A DNA stretch of 64,000 bases from assembly GCA_003344405.1 (NCBI GenBank), contig NOWV01000013.1:310001-374000 (forward strand), read 5' to 3'. This stretch comes from Trichoplax sp. H2. Its lineage: Eukaryota. A program made the position numbers and the translations under genes. Below are positions 1 to 12,392 of this stretch, one piece after another. The number at the start of each line of letters is the position of its first letter. Position 1 is the first letter of the stretch. The notes below the pieces were generated by a model that was given only the letters and a program-made list of their open reading frames with translations, made no database searches and was not told where the DNA came from.

Positions 1-269
1 TTATGGTAGAATAGTCCTTGACATCGTACAGTTATAATCGCTTATTGTCGATAATAATGTAATAAGCAACATCCCAGTACTGTACTAAACTGGATATATT
101 ATGGATACTCTATTTTGAAATCAGTTTCCACAGAATAAGAAGAAATGAGACTATTAAACGTCGATATTAATTAACTTGAAATTTTAATATTAACTTTATG
201 TACTTTTACTAATAAAATAATATCAAAAATATCGCCATTTTTACACATTATCATCAATATCAATCAAAG

Positions 270-3200
270 GGACGAGAAGAAGGTGCAGAAATTGATCCAT
301 GGGAAGATGCCGATTTCTTTGTTTATAAAGTCACCGATCGTTATGGTTTTTTACAGTAAGCTCTTTATTATTCACAGCGTTTGTTGTAGTTATTGATAGT
401 GAGCTTGAATGGCCGTACTAATTTAAATGAAGTAATCCTGGCCTTAAATGTATGCAAGTGTAAAAATTAACGTATCAAATCAAATAACTTAGGTAGTGTT
501 ACCATGCCTGATGATCACGTAGAAATATTCACAGTCTTCAATCATACTCCATACATTATTGCCCTTAATATTCGCGGATTAATTAATTAAACTGAATTGA
601 TTAAAACATTTTACATAGAGGACGCACATATAATTATATCTTAAGCTTATATTGTAATCCAAAATATTAAGTACTAAACGTTATTTCGACAATTACTTAT
701 CAAATAGCAAGGAGCCCCTACCCAAACGTACGGAGTTAGAAGCGAAAGCATTGCTAATCGAACGGTCAAGAGAAATTAAATGGTTAAAAATGTTAAAAAA
801 TTGGGATAAATCGCTTCTTTCTGATAAGGTTGATAGAATTATAACATTATTCTTAAAAATTAAGGTTAATTTCGTAGTCAAAAACAAAATACTGTATATA
901 ACATGCATAGGTTAACGCCTTATTCGTAAATTGTGATTATCAACAGCTAAATAGTAAGGTTCAGTAATGCAATTTTTTCTCGTTTTATTTCAATTACTCA
1001 TCATAAATACATATCTGAATATTAATTATTTAACCAAAGCGATTATTTTTTTAATTATCGAATGCTACTAATAATAGCTATCCAAATTTGTAATTTTTCT
1101 GAGCGCCTTATACCATTATCGAATGGATACACTCGTACTTTAATTAAGAACAATTTTTATCTCATAATTTTCGAAACCTTCTAGTTGCGTAACCGAGTTT
1201 ATAAGGGTATACCGAATTCTCTACGTAGTCAGGCATGGAGTCAAATTCTACGCTTAGATAAAATCAAATTAAATAAAGAAGGCTTCTATGATGTAAGTGA
1301 AGGATTTCTCTTATACAAAAAGTTATACTAGGTATAGGGTCATTTTCTTATTAAAAATAAGATTATCTAAGTTGATTTTTAACCTATATATGATTCTGCA
1401 TGTAGTACCTACATACATCAAGTATGATTAGGGCCTGCTATTGCTGAAATTGTCAGAAGTTGTGATAATTTAAAGCATAATTATCATTCATTGATTATTG
1501 CATTGGTTTTATTACTTTTATTTCCCAGCAAGCTAAACTATTGGCTAGACGTACTTCTCCCGATATAAGGCAGATTGATTTGGACGTTAACCGAACATAT
1601 CGTAATCACATCATGTTTCGTGATCGTTATGGTATAAAGTAAGTATTCCTCCACTTCCTGCGGTAAAGTAATCAAATTCATAATATTAGAGGACACTTAC
1701 GGTAATTTGTTCAATATAAAGCATAGTCATATCTTTCTTGCTAAGAATTATAAAAAATTTATAGATTTTAATGAGTGCACTTTGATGGAGATATTTAACT
1801 AGTAAATTGTTTCCTTCAATAAAACTTATGTTTTCTATTCACTAGTTTATCACGCATTGTAACTTTATTATATCACTAAAATTTATCTTTTATTGTACTT
1901 AAGGCAACAGGCTCTATTTCATGTACTTGCCACATATTCGATGTATAACACGGTAATTATTCCTAACATTTCGAAAATATTGTTTTTTGATGTGCTTTAG
2001 TATAGATATCATTACTGTAACATAATACACATGTACAAAGATACATAGTATTCCTCTGCTTGTGCACTTATGCAATAAAATATCCTTACAGGAAGTTGGT
2101 TATTGTCAAGGAATGAGTGGTATTGCAGCTCTGTTGCTGATGTACTTTAATGAAGAGGTACTAGTCTTATTTAAGTTTGCAGTTTACGAGTGCAAATTAC
2201 GGGTTTAATCTGATTTAATTTCGTCCGAATACTGTCTAGGATGCTTTCTGGGCTTTATCTTGTCTCCTTTCTGATAGAATGCATGGAATGCACGGTGATT
2301 ATTTATAACTTGCGCTAAAATTATACAAGATCTAAAGACACATTTTATTAATTGACCTGTATTTATCATAGGGTTATTCAAGCCTGGATTTCCAAAATTA
2401 CTCAGACTTCAAGAGCATCATGAAAAAATTTGTAAAAAACTTTTAACAAAACTTCACAAGCATCTTGTAAGTTAAGAGTGCTATCGACAGTTACACCAAG
2501 TATTACAGTTATTATTGTCTGTCCTTAACAGAATTTCTTGTTATCAAAGAGTAAGTTCAGAATATGTATTACTTTTGCAGAAAAAAATTGAAGTCGACGC
2601 TAGAATATATTCAATGAAATGGTTTTTACAATGCTTCCTTGATAGGGTCTGCAAAAGATTTACCCATATTTAAAATTGCACTTTTTAACTATAATATCGC
2701 TTGTATCAATAGATCAATCAATCCATGATTATTTAATATTACCATCTTCGAACGTAAATTCTTATTGTTATTTGGATTTCATCCTAGTTGCCTTTTTCGT
2801 TAACTCTGAGAGTTTGGGATGCTTTTATATTTGATGGCGATAGAGTTCCTATTGCCATGGCGTTCTTGGTTATTAAGCTATACAAGAGTAAGCTAATAAG
2901 TGATTAGCGTTTCGTTTTTGTATACGTGTGCTAATTAGTTTCCATATTTTTATTTTATAATCACTTGACTTATCTAATTATATTTGATACCAATTTCAGA
3001 ACAATTATCTAAAATGAGCTTTGATGAAGCAATGTCTCATTTGCAAACTATGGAGAATCATAACTTCAACGATGATGAAATTATGGAAATGTTGCAAGCA
3101 ACAATGCTAGAACTTCGGCGAAATGGCTTAGACCATCCTGGACCATCTCAAATAACAGAACAAGCTCCTCCACCTCCTAGAAACATAGATGAATTTACGT

Positions 3201-3502
3201 CTCGAGTTAATTTTTCCAGACATATTCGCGATATAAATTATAAGCATCCTCGAATGAAAAGAAATAATAGTTTTAAGGAAAGCATTAACGCAATGTATAA
3301 CAATGATGATCCGGTTGCGCCACCAAATGCAAACGAACCCGATGATCCTGGCGACAATATTCGCCATAACACAAAGGATAATCACAAAACTACGGTTATT
3401 CCTAATGTAACGGCAAAATCTTCAGGTAGTCCTTTGAAATCAACTAGTTATGGCCTAGGCAATCCTACAGATGCTAATGGACATGTTCCAGTTTCCGTAT
3501 AA
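270..3502 (+). CDS. USP6NL: USP6NL/RN-tre TBC-domain Rab GTPase-activating protein; multi-exon, first exon lies upstream of the window
   Basis: Spliced exons (270-355, 708-828, 1185-1292, ~1529-1638 ... ~3000-3502) give [101 protein letters not shown]. These include the TBC IxxDxxR and YxQ fingers and match the USP6NL N-terminus as I recall it. Stop TAA at 3500-3502. Confidence 0.93.
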
Positions 3503-4777
3503 TAATATTATGATAATACGACATTAATGATCAGGATATTTATCCATCAGAGATTTTTAATTTGAATGTTACGTTATACATTTTACAATCCCTTTTACAG
3601 ATGTAGTAATGTAGGGAGTACTAATGGTTCTAATCTTTACTTTTCTTTCTCATAATCTTTCAGATAATGGTTTACAAGAAGCATGTTTTTAGGTCATATT
3701 TATAAGATCCTGAATATTGTATTTATAAAATTATTTCTGTACGATTTGCCGATTAAAAACATTGGCTAATTATTCGTTGCTGTACGGTATTACTGTGACG
3801 TCTGGACATCTACTAGAATTTGTGAGTTTATGATATTGTATAATCTTATGAATTGATTGCTACATTACAGACATAAAACTGTGGCAAAAAAGAATTTGTA
3901 TAATTTACAGTGAACTAAATGAAATTGTTATATTATGACGTTGTATTTATTTTTTACTGCAAAAAAATTGCCATTACGCGTCATATGCGTTGGTATTGAA
4001 ACTGGTATATACGTAATATCAAAAGAATGCATAATTATGTAATTTACGAATATGTTCTTTATGTATTAAACGTTTTGTATCTTCTGCTTCAATTCGCTAT
4101 TTTGTAAGTTGTATAAAATATTGATCAGAAAAAAAGGGTTGTGTTGATAAATATTTCTTTTATCTGCTATTCGATCTATTCAGGATTATCAGTAATTATT
4201 TGAAGTTAAGCTATCAAATTTTGAAATTTTCTGCTTGAGACATCATATTTTTAATGGATTTTTCTTATTCTGTTGTGTAGTCGATATTAGAAAGTTAAAT
4301 GATTAAAAAAATAAGTTCTTCATTATATTTTCTAATCAATAATTGTCATCCCAGTATAGCTACCTTAATTGGTAATTTGGCCAATGACAGAAACTTCTGT
4401 CGGTTAGAATTTATTTGCAGAGTACTAAAACACAATTACAGTTATTCGACAGAGTAAATTTAATGGACCTAACTGATACTGTATATACAATCATATGTTG
4501 AGTTATACTATATTACAATATTAGGTTTAACGGTACATTGATAATACATTGTTGAAGAGTCATGTAATTTACATTGCGATTAATATAGTCAAAACGAATG
4601 TCATTAATGACAATCAATCACTTGTTACAATCTCATAAATCACATTAAACCAGACTATATTTACATTTGGTATTCTTTTTTCATAAGCCTGCAATCAATT
4701 ATCTAAAAACGTACTCGTATAACAAGCTACGATATCAACGTGATAAAAAATTTCATATAATTCCCAAGAGGCAAGCA

Positions 4778-7700
4778 TTATGATTCAAGTTCATTGATGG
4801 CAGCAATTTCTTGACCCAAGCAGCTTTTGGTAATGAAATCGCAATTCTCAATTTCTTTGATTGCAGCATGAATATGAGATGGAACCAGAACATAGTCTAT
4901 GCTGTATCAAAATAGATGAAAGCTAGTAATTACAGATTATATTTAACAGTAGATATTCGCAAACTATGAAAGCAATTGTCCTTCAATATCTTACACTGAA
5001 GAAGAGGAACCCTTCGCAGCTACGGCAACAGATTTCCTCAATATATGTTTGATAAATCCCTTACATGCCTAGTAAATTATCATAATAAAGAAATGTATAC
5101 AGTGATGAATACACCTATGATTCAATAACTCTCTGAACACTAAAGTTTCATCGTATGTTTTCAACTATGGCAGCAATAGATACCTCGAAAATGATACGTT
5201 CACTTAATGGAGTTTCTACATCACCTTTCTTTACTGTTTGAAAATCGACGCCGATCTAATAAAGTGGCAAAGTATATTTATAATTCTTAGATATTAAATT
5301 AAATCAATTACATGCAATATAAAGTATTATCGCTTACAATTTCTTTTGAAGTATCACGTATCCACTGCAATTCTGGTGGAAGTGGTGGGATAGATACTTC
5401 CTGATTTTCTGATTCTATTACCGTCCTCTTATTATCAATACTTTCATGTGCTTCACTGTTGTCGACTACATTAATCTCTGTAATAGCTTCATTATCATAT
5501 GCTGCAAAAATATAATATGTGGCACTTTACATTGCAAGGAAACAATATCGATAATATGACTCAATTTTATGGTTGGAACATTTATTTGTACCATTCATTT
5601 TCATTTTTTTAGCCTTTTTTGCCAGTTTAGTAAGCAAATTATCCGCTGTACTTAAGGTGCATGTATCTTTATAAGAATAAAAACAATCGGTTGCTTTGTA
5701 ATACATTTCGGTAAAATATAGCTTGCGCTGGATATACACACCAGCGAACGGATTAGTATGCAATTAAATTTTACGGTGCTTACCTAGTAAATCGAATGAA
5801 GTCTTACAGACGTGATTAGTCTTCATATTCTCCTTAAACTCCTTCAAATTAACGCGTCAGAAGTCAAAATCGATGATAATACTATACTGTTGTTATTTCT
5901 TACTTTCTTGTATGAAAATAAATTTTTCTCATCGAATATATATTATACCTGCTGATTCCCAGTATAAAGAAGTCGACCACATATGTGACAGAAGTTAGCT
6001 ATACCTCCATCTCGCTTGCTATTCAAGTCTACAGGTGTGTATCCATGTTGACGACACCAAATCGTAATCTGCTTGGTAGTTGGTAGTTGCACTAGACCGG
6101 GGCTATGCGATCCAATAAATTTTTTCATATCAATCGCTCTTTGCCACTACAAACATACCAAGATGGTTATATTAAGATATAATCTCAAAGGTGTGATAAA
6201 GCGTTAGGTATTCAATATGGATAGTAACCTCTGCTGCTCTTCGTTTTCCAATGTTCCACGAAAAAAAAGTTTCACAATTCTTCGCACAGTAAGGTTGTGA
6301 AAGAGGAGTCGAATTTTCTAATAATAGGGAAAGGGTGATACGTTAATAAAGAACAACTTCTTGAAAAGCAATTTCATTCCTTTGATTAAAGGAATTTCAA
6401 ATTTCCGTACCAGATATTAACTGATAAACTTTAGCCCCTTCTTCTAGTAATTGCTCCAAATCAAACTTTGTCTCAATTTCTGGTTCATATCTAATAATTG
6501 TTTTAAGATCATATTGAAATGTAAACTAAATATTTTTGTGAAGACGAAAAAGAGTCCTTACTTGAATGTATCAGGAGACGTAACTTGTTCAAACATATCG
6601 TTGTCACCAACGATTTCGGGATTACTATCTTTTGAAATCAGCTCATCCACAATTTCATCAAGATTATCAGGGCTTACCGGTGCGTTGCTGACAGTATCAA
6701 CATCTGTTTTCCATTCATGGTATAATTCCACGTCGACAATCTTTGTATTAATTCATCAATAACACATGAAAATAGTTAAAAAGTATCTGTAGACACCGCG
6801 ATATATATATATATAATGCAAAGAATATGCTAGATTCTACCGTTTCAGAACCAAGAGTTTGAAGGCCAGTATAAGTACGATCGAGCTATTGTAATTACGT
6901 AAGCGTGAAGGATGTTTAATAGGAATATAGTACTACAACCCTAGTATTTATGTAATAAGTAAAACAGATGCACATTTTATCTTTATAAATTTCCATCCGA
7001 GTATTACCTTCAAATGATGAATTACATCAACTCTCTTATTATGAGAATCGACAAAATGGAGTTGAACACGTACTGGGAATTCTCCCCAACCTCTTCTAGT
7101 TAAATGAAACGGTGGCTGACTAACAAATAAATATAGTAGGTTTAGTAATCATCACAGTTTCTGGCTGCTTCATGTGTATAGGGTAAAACAAGACGCTAAA
7201 TTAGATCAACTCACTTGACTTTAACCAAGTCATTTGGTCTATAACTCGGATGTAAGAAAAACCAAACACACTTTACGAACTGATGAATTTCAGGTTCCTG
7301 CGATCAAAGGACATCATCATTTATGTTAATAGCGTAACAATAAGGTAATATTTTGTTATAAATTATAATAATAAGTCATAATAATAACATAAGTACTGTA
7401 TATGCGAGGATAATGGTATTTTAATTCTTGTTGTAAGATAAAATTGTATTAATAATATTAAAAACGAAATAGTTTACCACCTCTTCTGTGCCTCTAACGT
7501 ATACCATCCACTTATGTGTCGATTGATTATGTTCATCACGTTGATCTAATGGTATATATTTCGAGGTGTTGCCGATGATAATTCGCTTTTTGGTATAAAA
7601 TCTAGAACTAATGTCGCCTTCATTTCTAGATGCTTTATTAAAAATGATTTTATTAACTCGTAGAGATTTTAATACAACAAATGTCGTTAGAAAACATTTT

Positions 7701-10030
7701 TTGTAAATACTTTTAGGGTAATTATTTGCAATATTTTACATTTATTAATATTACGTACATCTCTCTTGAATAGCCTTAGATTCCTAGAGTTTAAAGAGGA
7801 TCAGAAAAATCACTGTCAAGCACTTAAATCAGTTCAAGGTTCCTTACTTTAAATGTAGTATAACGCAGTGACGAAATTCATAAAGTAATCAGCTGACTAC
7901 ATAAGATTGAATGTTGTCTCTACATGCCTTGTCAATATAAGATGAATGATTTATCTCGTCTTAACTTTACTTAGGACATTATTATAGGATCTGTGATATA
8001 ATATAATCTATTGCACATTTGCGCAAAAGTACGTTATCTCAACGAGTGCAATACCAATCATCCAGGAGGCAAGATACAGTATTTACGACAGAGTTTAAGC
8101 ATAAAATGATGATCAGATACTCTAAGTATCATAGGAGTAAAAATAGCGAATCATTATATACAGTCAAGCTATTATCGTAATTATAAAGATAGAAGAATTT
8201 CTTGCTATAATATTTGTAACGTCAATTTATAAGTACTATACGCATAGTAATTTTACCTGCGTAGTTTTAGTAGCTGTCGAATTCTGTAATCTAGCTTCTT
8301 TTACAATTGATTCGGCAGGGTGATTGGGGTTAATAAATGTTAGCTTTTGCGAGCTCAAATTGCGACTAATTATATCCTCATTTTCGGCTGTATCAGGGTC
8401 TGTTGCTGTGCGATCCGTTAACTGTTCCAGAGGTTTCGGAGTACCATAAAATTTGGCGATGATACAGGCTCTTATTTTATCCAACATTGCTCGAACCTGG
8501 TAAATCCTCTACATAATTAAATCAATTTGCTGTTAGAAAACCATCGCATAAGACGGGTTGAATTGTAATCTGATTCACTATCGTCTATTGCACAAATCTC
8601 ATGCAACATTAGTCAATAATTAAGCTATTGCTTAATCTTCCAAGGATCAGTAAAGGGCTTTAATTACAACTTAATTGTAAGAAATGTTATATCCCACAAA
8701 CATGGTGGCAACTGTTATTCAATAGAAATGATCAATATGGTTTTGCAGGAGCATTTACGCATGGTACTCCTTGGGTTGATTACATCTGATTCAATAATAA
8801 TATACTTCGTATATAGGAATTGATCAGGTAGGACGATATTTAATTTGTCGTTACATTTTGTATATGATTGGATAAAAGTCGCAGGTACTGTTAATATAGC
8901 TAAAAGATAACTCGATTCTTGATTGGCTCTGCTGATATCAATGTACATTTAGCATAAGGATTATCATGAAAAGTTTGTTGAAATCTACGAGGGATAAAGT
9001 CCATTCTGTTCATCATTCGGTACATGACTGAGTATAATCACCATTGCCGTTAGTGTATAGTGAGCAAAAGTTAAGTTTATGCTCGAGTAATGGCAGTATA
9101 TAAAGAAAACATTTATGCAGGATATTGATGAAATACAGGAGTATCAATCTCTAATCATTTAATCCGCTTCATTCACTAATTTCTAAATTAAGGTGTAGGA
9201 TTGAAATTTTAATCACGTCAGTATAGCAATATGACAATTGCCTAATAGTAGCTTGCCTTGCCATTAGCTTTTTGGTGACTAGAATTATTCGATATCATAT
9301 AGATAGTTTAAGTTAAGAAGAACATAGTGTCGATTTACACCTCATTTACTCTTTTCATGAAAACGTAGACACTAAAAGGAAGGGATATCGTTTCAGTTTT
9401 GTGAGAATATCAATATCGAACGTCAGTTCCATGTTGATTTACACCGATCATGAGTTAACCTTAATTAACGCACTTACTTGATCAATAGTAGCGATTTCCC
9501 TCTCCTTATATCGTAATTCTGTATCAAACTGGTTGGTGATAATATCCTCAATCTTCTGTATTGCTAATTCCTTCGCTCCTAAACACATAGTAGATACGAA
9601 GATAGAAGATTATGAGAAGTCATGAGCCAGTAACTAGTGGTTTTCCCGCCATGATAACATCACTCCTGATAGCATAAAAGGATACGGAAATACACTCATA
9701 GCTATTCAATCGCTTTATCCCTGGCTACAATAATAATATTGACTAGGTGATATCGATAAATTTCATCCTAGGAGATACTACGATCACTAAGTTAATGCGC
9801 TAAAAAGTAGAGCTGCTATCCTAATTGCAAGTTGAGCTAGTTGTTAACGTTTTCACCATGGAGATAAACAGTATTCAGATTCAATCATGGAAAGAAATTA
9901 TCTCAACAGTAACAAGGCTAGAAAGTACAGAAATACACAGTAAACAGGTCTGCAGTAGTCACTAACCAGAGTCTTCTAATCGCATTCTTTTACGGTGGTA
10001 ATTGACATCTTCATAATCAGGATCAGCCAT
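4778..10030 (-). CDS. YEATS2: YEATS domain-containing protein 2 (ATAC complex acyl-lysine reader); multi-exon
   Basis: ATG at 10030 ([10 protein letters not shown]). Exons give [27 protein letters not shown], the YEATS domain ([74 protein letters not shown]), WCRQHGYTP and a C-terminal histone-fold-like [14 protein letters not shown]. Stop at 4778-4780. Confidence 0.93.
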
Positions 10031-12392
10031 TTTTTTTTTCAATCCACGCGATATATACACACACAATCGTCCAGAATTTGCTTTTATCCTATCCTAGCCA
10101 GGTTGATTATAACGTGTTCGTATCAACACGTAATAATAACTCTAATATTGCAGTAATGAATCGTCATTTGATGAGGAAGAAATGATAGTCCTGACCAAGT
10201 AGAATTAATTGGATAATTTGGCGAATAGCACTTGCAATGGCAGCTATTGCTTGCTCGAGGCAATCTCCTAAACTAGAGCTTGGAATTTGAAAGAACCTTT
10301 CCACTAGGCATGTGCATCGAGAGGGTTTGTGCTATCCAACGATTTGCAAAGTGATAGTGTACTCTATATCATGATCTATGTTATAGGACACAGTACTATC
10401 AACAGTATCAGTTCCAATCTGTATTTGCACATTCTACCAAATAGTACAAAAATAAAGGTAGAATGGGAAAGAAGATCTCGTGGAGATGCTTTTCTCGTTT
10501 CTCTATTCGGGAAAACATGGAATTATGGACTACTGTATAGGATCTAATTCAGCTGTAGTCTGTAAAATAGGAGTTACTCTAATAAAATGAAGGATACTAT
10601 AGTTCAGCTGTATTACTATTCGAGAGAAATGAAAGCAGAGATTGCTTACGCGTATATTGTAGAGCTCATTCATAGTGCTCACCAACTTGAATTGGTGCTC
10701 AAGGGTTGTTCAAAAATCTTCTCTAGCGTCTTCACTGATACCTAATGATAGAATATAATCACTGCGTTAATTTCTGCCTAGAACTACTCCTCAACCATTC
10801 TGAAAAGCCTAGTATATGTAAATAGGGTATGTAGATACTCAACGCTCTATATCGTCATTGCCAATTGGTGCTAAACCCTAAGCCAAAAAATCTCTCGGAC
10901 CTTCACTCATATAGAATTATATAATACAATCTTGACAATAATTTCTTCCATGTCTGGATAATAATTCCTAGTCTATAAAGTGATACTTACCTAACTATAC
11001 TAAAAAGAACGCTAGAATGATATAAATATAGTGCAAAATAAATGCATTAGACGTACCCGGGAGATGCATGTATGATAACAAATTATTTCGACGTTGTCTT
11101 GAAAAACTCTCAATGGGTAACGTGATCATGGATTGCTGCTATACTAATATCCAAACAAGGATATGTAATAATATAGTATAATTATTGCACTAATTATCGT
11201 CTGACAATACTCCTGGCCAATAGCAAAAAGTCTGCTATACGTAGTTATAGACGGAAAAATAAATGGCTTATACGTATTAATTATTAACCAATAGCTAATA
11301 TCATCTCAATAGCGGAATAACGGTAATATAGATATCATCCAATGCTTCTTGGGCTGTGAAGCACACTGTAGTCGTAAATAATCATGTAGAGGATAATCTA
11401 CAATAAAATATATGGAAATAAAGTTGACTATAGAAAATATAATAATTTTAGGGTAGAATATATGGAAATAAAGTTTGTAGAGTATAGAATAATTCCTAAT
11501 TGTATCTAGACTACTATGGTAGGCCGTACTTACGAGCAGTCATCTCAATCAAAATTCAATAACTATTTTTTACAATACGATATGCAAACTACTGTATAGC
11601 GCTCCATATAATATCGACTTGTATTGAATACTATCAAAACCTTTCAAATTTGACGCATTTAAGCTAAAATAACTAATGCGAGAGTACAGAAATACGTTAT
11701 GTAATACTAGTAACAAATTGTAAGGGAATTCCAGCATACCTCATTGCATGGTAAATACGCAGAAAATAAAAACTGCTTCAAGAAATTTTTTTAAAATTGG
11801 TGTTTAATAAGTAATAATTGATATGAAGGCAATACCTTCCCATACATTGTCCCTAACTAAAATGGTATACTTGCATATGTTCATGTGTAAACACCTTGGA
11901 TATTATATCAGTACGTGTATGTTAATAAAACATTTTTTACTGCTACAGCGCATTCAATAATAAATTGACTATGTTACAAATATATAAATAGACCAATCGT
12001 TATAATACATTAGATAAAATGATAATTATCGAAACCAAGAGCAGGTAATAGTTTTAAAATCACATAAAAGCATCGTTTAAGAGTTTAAATGTCCTTGTTA
12101 AACTCATTTCCAAAAGCACCACATACAGGTATGTAAGCGCATATATTACATTGAAACGATGCTGATACACTATAATACAAAAACTGTTTATTTTTTAAAA
12201 AGCTGCACCGCAAAATATGCCTTCGCGCCAATCAACAAATGCAGCATGTTAAGAATGCATTACGCGATTCTAATTTCACTACTGTATTGTATCCACTAGT
12301 TGAAACTTTGAGTATTGTATAAATGTTGTGTTTGTGTTTACTCGATAGTTGAAAAGTGCACTCTTGAAGGTCAAGATAATCATCTCAGCTAG

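Noticed and set aside
9675-9686. U12-type donor consensus GTATCCTTT on the minus strand
   Set aside because: It lies inside YEATS2 intron 1 and not at an exon boundary; the flanking exons splice by ordinary GT-AG sites.
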